Shown here in pieces: positions 17,360 to 29,300 of a stretch of 64,000 bases of DNA. Within the stretch, counting starts at the first letter, position 1, and every line of letters begins with the position of its first letter. The notes under the pieces are model-generated. The model saw only the letters and a program-made list of their open reading frames with translations, was not told the origin of the DNA and did no database searches. Source of the DNA: an uncultured Solirubrobacterales bacterium (GTDB taxonomy: Bacteria; Actinomycetota; Thermoleophilia; Solirubrobacterales; 70-9); the NCBI GenBank assembly GCA_963817905.1, contig CAWFPS010000001.1, positions 131,647 through 195,646 on the forward strand, given 5' to 3'. Position numbers and translations under genes: made by a program.

Positions 17360-20300
17360 GTGGCCAAGCTCTGCCAAGGCATAGTCGCGGTTGCCCTGCT
17401 CTTGCTGGGTGGCCAGGGGGTGTTCGCCGAGATCGCGACGGCCGGTCCCTGCGATGCGCCAGTCAACGAAATCGTCTGCGAGAACTCCAAGGTCGGCAAT
17501 CCCGCGACCGAATGGGACATCGAAGGGTCCGGCGACCCAAGCATCCAGGGCTTCACCACCGACATCAGCGTCAATCATGGCCAGGCGGTCCGCTTCAAGA
17601 TCAAGACCGACGCGACCGCCTACCACCTCGACATCTACCGGATGGGCTACTACGGTGGCGATGGCGCCCGCAAGGTGGCGTCCAGCATCCTGCCCTCGGC
17701 GAAACTTCCCCAGAGCCAGCCAGCCTGCAAAACCGAAGGGTCCACCGGTCTCTTCGACTGTGGCAACTGGTCTGAATCGGCCTCTTGGACGGTGCCGTCG
17801 ACAGCGGTCTCTGGCATCTACTTCGCCAAGCTGGTGCGGACCGACAAAAGCTCGGAAGGAAGCCACGATCATTTTCGTCGTGCGCAACGACGAAAGCCAC
17901 TCGAAGCCTGCTCTTCCAGACCGCCGACTCGACCTGGCAGGCATACAACCGCTACGGCGGCAACAGCCTCTACGCCGGCGGCCCGGGAACGAATCCCGAA
18001 CGCGCCTACAAGGTCAGCTACAACCGGCCACTGACGACCCGCGGGACGACCCCGGAAGACGCGCCCTTCTCGGCCGAATACCCGATGGTGCGCTGGCTGG
18101 AGCGAAACGGCTACGACGTCAGCTACTTCACCGGCGTAGACGATCGCCCGCCGCGGCGGCGAGATCCTCGCAGCACGAAGCTCTTCCTCTCGGTCGGCCA
18201 TGACGAGTACTGGTCGGCCGAGCAGCGCGAAAACGTCGAAGCGGCGCGCGAAGCGGGAGTCAATCTCGCCTTCTTCAGCGGCAACGAGATCTTCTGGAAG
18301 ACCCGCTGGGAAAACAGCATCGACGGGTCCAGCACCGGCTATCGCACGATCGTCTGTTACAAGGAGACCCACGCCGGCGCCAAGATCGACCCCGAAACCA
18401 AACGTCTGGACCGGAACCTGGCGCGACCCACGCTTCAGCCCGCCGGCTGACGGCGGCAAGCCCGAGAACTCGCTCAGCGGACAGGCCTTCATGGTCAACT
18501 CCGGCACCGGCTCGATCGAAGTGCCGGCGGCGGACGCGAAACTGCGCCTCTGGCGCAACACCGACGTCGCTTCGCTTAAAGCGGGCGAAACGGCAACTCT
18601 GGGCACCGAAACCCTCGGTTATGAGTGGGACGAAGACCTCGACAACGGCGCCCGGCCGCCGGGGTTGATCGATCTCTCCACGACCACGTTTGAAGTGCAG
18701 GATTATCTGATCGACTACGGCTCCAACTACCTGCCCGGGCCGGCAACCCACCACCTGACGCTCTACCGGGACGCCGAGCGGAGCGCTGGTCTTCGGCGCC
18801 GGCACGGTGCAGTGGTCATGGGGGCTGGACGAAGAACATGACCGCGGCGCCTATCCGCGGAATCCGGACTCCCGCATGCAGCAGGCGACGGTGAACCTGT
18901 TTGCCGATATGGGCGTGCAGCCGACGACTTTGCAGGAAGGCATCGTCGCGGCAACCCAGAGCACCGACACGACGCCGCCGGTGACGACGATCGCCAATCC
19001 GGCCGATGGCTCCGCGATCGAAAGCGGAGAGGAGATGACGATCAGCGGCACTGCCAGCGACGTCGGGGGGCAGGTGGCGGGGGTCGAAGTCTCGACCGAC
19101 GGTGGAGAATCCTGGCACCCGGCGAAGGGGAAGACCGCCTGGACCTACCCCTGGACACCGGGGGAAACGGGCAGCGCGACGATCAAGGCGCGCGCCGCCG
19201 ACGACAGCGCCAACCTGGAGAAACCGGGCGACCAGAACAGCATCGAAATCGTGCCCCGCTCGTGCCCCTGTTCGATCTGGGACAGCTCCTTCACCGGCGA
19301 ACCTGAAACGGACCCGAGCGAGATCGAAGTCGGGGTCAAGTTCCGCGCCGATACGCCCGGCTACATCACGGGACTGCGCTTCTACAAGACTCCGCGAAGG
19401 CACCGGAACCCATGTCGGCCACCTCTACACGGCAGGCGGGGCGCAGATGGCGGAAGCGACCTTCACGAAAGAAACCTCCTCCGGCTGGCAACAGGTGGAC
19501 CTCGCCAAACCGGTCGCGATCAACGCCAACACGACCTACGTTGCTTCCTACTACGCGCCCAATGGCCACTACGCGGCGCTGAGTAACTACTTCTCGGTGG
19601 TCGGGGCCGACAGCGCGCCGTTGCATGCGCTCGCCGACGGCGTTGACGGCCACAACGGCGTCTACCACTATGGAGTCGACGGTACCCTCTTCTCCGGCGC
19701 TGGACCGGAATCGTTCCAGGCGACCAACTACATGGTCGATGTTGTCTTCGAGTCCGAAGAACAGCCGCCGGTGATCTCCAATGTCCAGACGGTCGCTCAC
19801 AACGACGGCACGGCGATGGTCACCTGGGAGACTGATAAAGCCTCCGACTCCAAAGTGGATTACGGGACCAGTTCAAGTTCGCTCGGATCGAGTAAAAGCA
19901 GCTCGACCCAGGTCACCTCGCACAGCATTCAACTCAGCGGCCTCGCGGCAAACACGACCCACTACTTCCGCGTCACCTCGGCGGCGGGGGTCAACACTCG
20001 TACCGAACCCAGCCCGCTTCTCTCGCCGCTGAGCTTCATTACTCCACCCGCGGCCCCGACTCTGACGGGGACCGTTCCGGCGTCGCCGGCGAACAACAAC
20101 TCGCCAAAAGTGGTGGGCTCCGCGGCGAGCGGGACCACGGTGCGCCTCTACGGCACCAGTGGCTGCACCGGTTCACCGCTGGTGACCGCTAGTGCAGCCG
20201 AACTGGCAGCGGGCGTGTCCGCGACGGTCGCCGATGACACGAGCACCACCTTCCGAGCAACCGCCACCGGTTCGGCAAGCGAGGCCTCAGCTTGCTCGGC

Positions 20301-23300
20301 GGGGCTCACCTATGTTGAGGACTCGACAGCGCCGCAGACGCAGATCAGCTCGGGGCCGCCGACCCTAAGCACCTCGGCAAGTGCCGAACTCGAATTCTCC
20401 GGCACCGATTCTGGTGGCTCGGGCGTCGCCTCCTATGAGTGCCGGATCGACTCGACCGAACCCAGCGCCTGGGCATCGTGCACGTCGCCGAAGACCTACA
20501 ACTCACTCGCCGACGGCGCCCATAAATTCGAAGTCCGCTCGATCGACACGGCGGGCAACATCGACACCTCTCCGGCGGCCTCCAACTGGACCGTCGACAC
20601 AACCGCCCCGATCACGCAGATCGACTCCGGCCCGAGCGCGCTCAGCGCCTCAGGCACCGCCAATTTCGAATTCTCCGGCACCGACACTGGTGGCTCGGGC
20701 GTCGCCTCCTATGAGTGCCGGATCGACTCGACCGAACCCGGCGCCTGGGCATCCTGCACGTCGCCGAAGACCTACAACTCACTCGCCGACGGCGCCCATA
20801 AATTCGAAGTGCGGGCGATCGACACTGCCGGCAACGCCGACAGCAGCCCGGCGGCCTCCAACTGGACCGTCGACACCACGGCGCCTCAGGTGCAGATCAT
20901 TTCGGAGCCGGCCTCGATCTCGTCGTCAGCCGAAGCGACCTTCGCCTTCTCGGGTACAGACATCGGCGGCTCCGGCGTTGCCTCCTACCAGTGTCGACGT
21001 GACTCCGAAGCGCCCGGCGCCTGGGAGGTCTGCGGCTCTCCCGAGACCTATAACGCCCTCGCCGAGGGTCCCCACAAATTCGAAGTGCGGGCAGTCGACG
21101 GCGCCGGCAACGTCACCGCGCCACCTGCGACCTACGCCTGGACGATCGACACCGTTGCCCCTCAGACCCTGATCGACTCCAATCCGACGGCGGTAACGGC
21201 GTCCACCAGTGCCAACTTCAGCTTCTCGGGTTCGGACACCGGCGGCTCGGGCGTCGCCTCCTATGAGTGTCGGATCGACTCGACCGAACCGAGCGCCTGG
21301 GCATCGTGCACGTCGCCGAAGACCTACACCGGCCTCGCCGACGGCGCCCATAAATTCGAAGTGAGGGCGATCGACACTGCCGGCAACGCCGACAGCAGCC
21401 CGGCGACCTACGCCTGGACCGTCGACACCACCGTGCCCGAGACCCAGATCGACTCGACCCCGGTTTCCCTGAGCGCTTCGGCCAAAGCCGAATTCGGCTT
21501 TGGCGGCAATGACGGCTCGGGGTCCGGAGTCGCCTCGTTCCAGTGCCGCATCGACTCCACCGAAGCTGCCGACTGGAAAGCCTGCAGCTCGGTCAAGACC
21601 TACGAATCGCTCGCCGACGGCTCCCACAAATTCGAAGTCCGCTCGATCGATGTGGCCGGCAACACCGACCAGAGCCCGGCAACCTTCAGCTGGACGATCG
21701 ACACCGCCGCGCCCGACACCCAGATCGACTCCGGCCCCGCTGCGCTGGTCGCCTCGGCCAACGCCGAACTCAAATTCTCCGGCACCGACACTGGTGGCTC
21801 GGGCGTCGCCTCCTATGAGTGCCGGATCGACTCGACCGAACCCAGCGCCTGGACATCCTGCACGTCGCCGAAGACCTACAACTCACTCGCCGACGGCGCC
21901 CATAAATTCGAAGTCCGCTCGATCGACACGGCGGGCAACATCGACACCTCTCCGGCGGCCTCCAACTGGACCGTCGACACAACCGCCCCGATCACGCAGA
22001 TCGACTCCGGCCCGAGCGCGCTCAGCGCCTCAGGCACCGCCAATTTCGAATTCTCCGGCACCGACACTGGTGGCTCGGGCGTCGCCTCCTATGAGTGCCG
22101 GATCGACTCGACCGAACCCGGCGCCTGGACATCCTGCACGTCGCCGAAGACCTACAACTCACTCGCCGACGGCGCCCATAAATTCGAAGTGCGGGCGATC
22201 GACACTGCCGGCAATGCCGACCAGAGCCCGGCGACCTTCAGTTGGACCGTCGACACGACCGCCCCACAGACCCAGATCGACTCCAATCCGACGGCGGTAA
22301 CGGCGTCCACCAGTGCCAACTTCAGCTTCTCGGGTTCGGACACCGGCGGCTCGGGCGTCGCCTCCTATGAGTGCAGGGTCGACTCGACCGAACCCAGCGC
22401 CTGGACATCCTGCACGTCGCCGAAGACCTACAACTCCCTCGCCGACGGCGCCCATAAATTCGAAGTCCGCTCGATCGATGTGGCCGGCAATACCGACCAG
22501 GGCCCGGCGACCTTCAGCTGGACGATCGACACCACCGCGCCCGACGCCCAGATCGACTCCGGCCCCGCTGCACTGGTCGCCTCGGCCAACGCCGAACTCG
22601 AATTCTCCGGCACCGATTCTGGTGGCTCGGGCGTCGCCTCCTATGAGTGCCGGATCGACTCGACCGAACCCAGCGCCTGGGCATCGTGCACGTCGCCGAA
22701 GACCTACAACTCACTCGCCGACGGCGCCCATAAATTCGAAGTGAGGGCGATCGACACGGCGGGCAACATCGACACCTCTCCGGCGGCCTCCAACTGGACC
22801 GTCGACACAACCGCCCCGATCACGCAGATCGACTCCGGCCCGAGTGCGCTCAGCGCCTCAGGCACCGCCAAATTCGAATTCTCCGGCACCGACACTGGTG
22901 GCTCGGGCGTCGCCTCCTATGAGTGTCGGATCGACTCGACCGAACCGAGCGCCTGGGCATCGTGCACGTCGCCGAAGACCTACACCGGCCTCGCCGACGG
23001 CGCCCATATGTTCGAAGTGCGGGCGATCGACACTGCCGGCAATGCCGACAGCAGCTCGGCGGCCTCCAACTGGACTGTCGACACAACCGCGCCCGATACA
23101 CAGGTCGACGCTGGGCCGTCGGCTCTGAGCACCTCGGCCGACGCAGAATTCACCTTCTCCGGTGACGACGGTTCGGGCTCTGGTGTCGCCTCCTACCAGT
23201 GTCGCCGCGACTCCGAAGAAGCCAAAGATTGGGTTCCGTGCGGCCCGCCACAGACCTATCCCGCCCTCGCCGACGGCGCCCACAAATTCGAAGTCCGCGC

Positions 23301-26300
23301 CTCCGACCAGGCCGGCAACACCGATCCGAGTCCCGCCGTCTTCAACTGGACCATCGACGCGACCGCGCCGCAGACGCAGATCGATGCCCAGCCCGTGGTG
23401 CTCAGCGCGTCCCCAACCGCGCAGTTCACCTTCTCCGGTGACGACGGTTCGGGCTCTGGTGTCGCCTCCTATGAGTGCAGGGTCGACTCGACCGAGGCGG
23501 GCGGCTGGGCGCCGTGCGCCTCGCCCAAGACCTACACCTCACTCGCCGATGGCGCCCACAAATTCGAAGTGAGGGCAGTCGACGCCGCTGGCAACGTTGA
23601 CCAGAGCCCGGCGTCCTTCAGTTGGACAGTGGATGCCACCGCGCCCGATTCCCAAATCAGTTCCAACCCGCTGCTATTGAGCGCCTCCCCGAAAGCCGAA
23701 TTCAGCTTCACCGGCAGCGACGGATCCGGCTCGGGCGTGGCCTCCTACGAATGCCGCCTGGACTCGACTCAGTCCATCGACTGGAAAGCCTGCGCCTCGA
23801 CCAAGGAATACACGGGCCTCGTCGATGGCGCCCACAAATTCGAAGTGCGGGCAATCGATCAGTTCGGCAACGTTGACCAGAGTCCGGCGACCTTCAGCTG
23901 GACGATCGACACTACCGCCCCGCAGACCCAGATTGACTCCGGCCCGAGTGCGCTCAGCGCCTCAGGCACCCCCAAATTCGAATTCTCAGGCACCGATTCT
24001 GGTGGCTCGGGCGTCGCCTCCTATGAGTGCCGGATCGACTCGACCGAACCCAGCGCCTGGGCATCGTGCACGTCGCCGAAGACCTACAACTCACTCGCCG
24101 ACGGCGCCCATAAATTCGAAGTCCGCTCGATCGACACGGCGGGCAACACCGACACCTCTCCGGCGACCTCCAACTGGACCGTCGACACAACCGCGCCCGA
24201 GACCCAGATCGACTCGAACCCGGTTTCCCTGAGCGCTTCGGCCAAAGCCGAATTCGGCTTTGGCGGCAATGACGGCTCGGGGTCCGGAGTCGCCTCGTTC
24301 CAGTGCCGCATCGACTCGACCGAAGCTGCCGACTGGCAGCCGTGCGCCTCGGTCAAGACCTACGAATCGCTCGCCGACGGCTCCCACAAATTCGAAGTCC
24401 GCTCGATCGATGTGGCGGGCAACGCCGACCAGAGCCCGGCGACCTTCAGCTGGACGATCGACACCACCGTGCCCGACACCCAGATCGACTCCGGCCCCGC
24501 TGCACTGGTCGCCTCGGCCAGCGCCGAACTCAAATTCTCCGGCACCGATTCTGGTGGCTCGGGCGTCGCCTCCTATGAGTGCCGGATCGACTCCACCGAA
24601 GCTGCCGACTGGCAGTCGTGCACCTCGGCCAAGGAATACAACTCACTCGCCGACGGCGCCCATAAATTCGAAGTCCGCTCGATCGACACGGCGGGCAACA
24701 CCGACACCTCTCCGGCGACCTCCAACTGGACCGTCGACACAACCGCGCCCGAGACCCAGATCGACTCGAACCCGGTTTCCCTGAGCGCTTCGGCCAAAGC
24801 CGAATTCGGCTTTGGCGGCAATGACGGCTCGGGGTCCGGAGTCGCCTCGTTCCAGTGCCGCATCGACTCGACCGAAGCTGCCGACTGGCAGCCGTGCGCC
24901 TCGGTCAAGACCTACGAATCGCTCGCCGACGGCTCCCACAAATTCGAAGTCCGCTCGATCGATGTGGCGGGCAACACCGACCAGAGCCCGGCGACCTTCA
25001 GCTGGACGATCGACACCACCGTGCCCGACACCCAGATCGACTCCGGCCCCGCTGCACTGGTCGCCTCGGCCAGCGCCGAACTCAAATTCTCCGGCACCGA
25101 TTCTGGTGGCTCGGGCGTCGCCTCCTATGAGTGCCGGATCGACTCCACCGAAGTTGCCGACTGGCAGTCGTGCACCTCGGCCAAGGAATACAACTCACTC
25201 GCCGACGGCGCCCATAAATTCGAAGTGCGGGCGATCGACACTGCCGGCAACGCCGACACCTCTCCGGCGACCTCCAACTGGACCGTCGACACAACCGCGC
25301 CCGAGACCCAGATCGACTCGAACCCGGTTTCCCTGAGCGCTTCGGCCAAAGCCGAATTCGGCTTTGGCGGCAATGACGGCTCGGGGTCCGGAGTCGCCTC
25401 GTTCCAGTGCCGCATCGACTCGACCGAAGCTGCCGACTGGCAGCCGTGCGCCTCGGTCAAGACCTACGAATCGCTCGCCGACGGCTCCCACAAATTCGAA
25501 GTCCGCTCGATCGATGTGGCGGGCAACACCGACCAGAGCCCGGCGACCTTCAGCTGGACGATCGACACCACCGTGCCCGACACCCAGATCGACTCCGGCC
25601 CCGCTGCACTGGTCGCCTCGGCCAGCGCCGAACTCAAATTCTCCGGCACCGATTCTGGTGGCTCGGGCGTCGCCTCCTATGAGTGCCGGATCGACTCCAC
25701 CGAAGTTGCCGACTGGCAGTCGTGCACCTCGGCCAAGGAATACAACTCACTCGCCGACGGCGCCCATAAATTCGAAGTCCGCTCGATCGACACGGCGGGC
25801 AACACCGACACCTCTCCGGCGACCTCCAACTGGACCGTCGACACCACCGCCCCGATCACGCAGATCGACTCCGGCCCGAGCGCGCTCAGCGCCTCAGGCA
25901 CCGCCAAATTCGAATTCTCCGGCACCGATTCTGGTGGCTCGGGCGTCGCCTCCTATGAGTGCCGGATCGACTCGACCGAACCCAGCGCCTGGGCATCGTG
26001 CACGTCGCCGAAGACCTACAACTCACTCGCCGACGGCGCCCATAAATTCGAAGTGCGGGCGATCGACACTGCCGGCAACACCGACAGCAGCCCGGCGGCC
26101 TCCAACTGGACCGTCGACACAACCGCTCCCGAGACCCAGATCGACTCGAACCCGGTTTCCCTGAGCGCTTCGGCCAACGCCGAACTCGAATTCTCAGGCA
26201 CCGATTCTGGTGGCTCGGGCGTCGCCTCCTATGAGTGCCGGATCGACTCGACCGAACCCAGCGCCTGGGCATCGTGCACGTCGCCGAAGACCTACAACTC

Positions 26301-29300
26301 ACTCGCCGACGGCGCCCATAAATTCGAAGTCCGCTCGATCGACACGGCGGGCAACACCGACACCTCTCCGGCGACCTCCAACTGGACCGTCGACACCACC
26401 GCCCCGATCACGCAGATCGACTCCGGCCCGAGCGCGCTCAGCGCCTCAGGCACCGCCAAATTCGAATTCTCCGGCACCGATTCTGGTGGCTCGGGCGTCG
26501 CCTCCTATGAGTGCCGGATCGACTCGACCGAACCCAGCGCCTGGGCATCGTGCACGTCGCCGAAGACCTACAACTCCCTCGCCGACGGCGCCCATAAATT
26601 CGAAGTCCGCTCGATCGACACGGCGGGCAACACCGACACCTCTCCGGCGACCTCCAACTGGACCGTCGACACAACCGCGCCCGAGACCCAGATCGACTCG
26701 AACCCGGTTTCCCTGAGCGCTTCGGCCAAAGCCGAATTCGGCTTTGGCGGCAATGACGGCTCGGGGTCCGGAGTCGCCTCGTTCCAGTGCCGCATCGACT
26801 CGACCGAAGCTGCCGACTGGCAGCCGTGCGCCTCGGTCAAGACCTACGAATCGCTCGCCGACGGCGCCCATAAATTCGAAGTCCGCTCGATCGACACGGC
26901 GGGCAACATCGACACCTCTCCGGCGGCCTCCAACTGGACCGTCGACACAACCGCCCCGATCACGCAGATCGACTCCGGCCCGAGCGCGCTCAGCGCCTCA
27001 GGCACCGCCAATTTCGAATTCTCCGGCACCGACACTGGTGGCTCGGGCGTCGCCTCCTATGAGTGCCGGATCGACTCCACCGAAGCTGCCGACTGGCAGT
27101 CGTGCACCTCGGCCAAGGAATACAACTCCCTCGCCGACGGCGCCCATAAATTCGAAGTCCGCTCGATCGACACGGCGGGCAACACCGACACCTCTCCGGC
27201 GACCTCCAACTGGACCGTCGACACCACCGCCCCGATCACGCAGATCGACTCCGGCCCGAGCGCGCTCAGCGCCTCAGGCACCGCCAAATTCGAATTCTCC
27301 GGCACCGATTCTGGTGGCTCGGGCGTCGCCTCCTATGAGTGCCGGATCGACTCGACCGAACCCAGCGCCTGGGCATCGTGCACGTCGCCGAAGACCTACA
27401 ACTCCCTCGCCGACGGCGCCCATAAATTCGAAGTCCGCTCGATCGACACGGCGGGCAACACCGACACCTCTCCGGCGACCTCCAACTGGACCGTCGACAC
27501 AACCGCGCCCGAGACCCAGATCGACTCGAACCCGGTTTCCCTGAGCGCTTCGGCCAAAGCCGAATTCGGCTTTGGCGGCAATGACGGCTCGGGGTCCGGA
27601 GTCGCCTCGTTCCAGTGCCGCATCGACTCGACCGAAGCTGCCGACTGGCAGTCGTGCACCTCGGCCAAGGAATACAACTCCCTCGCCGACGGCGCCCATA
27701 AATTCGAAGTCCGCTCGATCGACACGGCGGGCAACACCGACACCTCTCCGGCGACCTCCAACTGGACCGTCGACACCACCGCCCCGATCACGCAGATCGA
27801 CTCCGGCCCGAGCGCGCTCAGCGCCTCAGGCACCGCCAAATTCGAATTCTCCGGCACCGATTCTGGTGGCTCGGGCGTCGCCTCCTATGAGTGCCGGATC
27901 GACTCCACCGAAGCTGCCGACTGGCAGTCGTGCACCTCGGCCAAGGAATACAACTCCCTCGCCGACGGCGCCCATAAATTCGAAGTCCGCTCGATCGACA
28001 CGGCGGGCAACACCGACACCTCTCCGGCGACCTCCAACTGGACCGTCGACACCACCGCCCCGATCACGCAGATCGACTCCGGCCCGAGCGCGCTCAGCGC
28101 CTCAGGCACCGCCAAATTCGAATTCTCCGGCACCGATTCTGGTGGCTCGGGCGTCGCCTCCTATGAGTGCCGGATCGACTCCACCGAAGCTGCCGACTGG
28201 CAGCCGTGCGCCTCGGTCAAGACCTACGAATCGCTCGCCGACGGCTCCCACAAATTCGAAGTCCGCTCGATCGATGTGGCGGGCAACACCGACCAGAGCC
28301 CGGCGACCTTCAGCTGGACGATCGACACCACCGTGCCCGACACCCAGATCGACTCCGGCCCCGCTGCACTGGTCGCCTCGGCCAGCGCCGAACTCAAATT
28401 CTCCGGCACCGATTCTGGTGGCTCGGGCGTCGCCTCCTATGAGTGCCGGATCGACTCCACCGAAGCTGCCGACTGGCAGCCGTGCGCCTCGGTCAAGACC
28501 TACGAATCGCTCGCCGACGGCTCCCACAAATTCGAAGTCCGCTCGATCGACACGGCGGGCAACACCGACACCTCTCCGGCGACCTCCAACTGGACCGTCG
28601 ACACCACCGTGCCCGACACCCAGATCGACTCGAACCCGGTTTCCCTGAGCGCTTCGGCCAAAGCCGAATTCGGCTTTGGCGGCAATGACGGCTCGGGGTC
28701 CGGAGTCGCCTCGTTCCAGTGCCGCATCGACTCGACCGAAGCTGCCGACTGGCAGCCGTGCGCCTCGGTCAAGACCTACGAATCGCTCGCCGACGGCTCC
28801 CACAAATTCGAAGTCCGCTCGATCGATGTGGCGGGCAACACCGACCAGAGCCCGGCGACCTTCAGCTGGACGATCGACACGGCCCCGCCTGCGGTAGCGA
28901 TCGATTCCCTGTCCAAGACTCTCATCGGCGCCGGCCAGTCGAGCGAAGTGCATTGGCACGCCACGGAGAACGGCGCCTTCGAGCTGCGCGTGGGGGGGAG
29001 CGACTGCACCAGCGGGACCGTCGTGGCCTCCGGCGCTTACGGCTCCGCACCGGGTCAACACATCTCCACCGTCGCCGCCACGGATCTCTCAGAAGGCGCG
29101 AACGCATTGCGGCTCTGTGTCACCGATGCGGCGGGGAGTCGCGGCGCCACTACTGCGAGCTTGACCCGAGACACCACCGCCCCCGAGACCCAGATCGACG
29201 CCCACCCGGCGGCGCTCTCGATCTCCTCCTCGGCCCAGTTCGCCTTCTCCGGCACCGACCTCGGTGGCTCGGGCGTCGCCTCCTATGAATGCCGCCGCGA

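Noticed and set aside
17860-19400. Programmed +1 ribosomal frameshifting as the explanation for the head-domain breaks
   Set aside because: Five independent sites within 1.6 kb share no motif. I see no slippery sequence or downstream structure. Three similar breaks sit in unrelated genes upstream.
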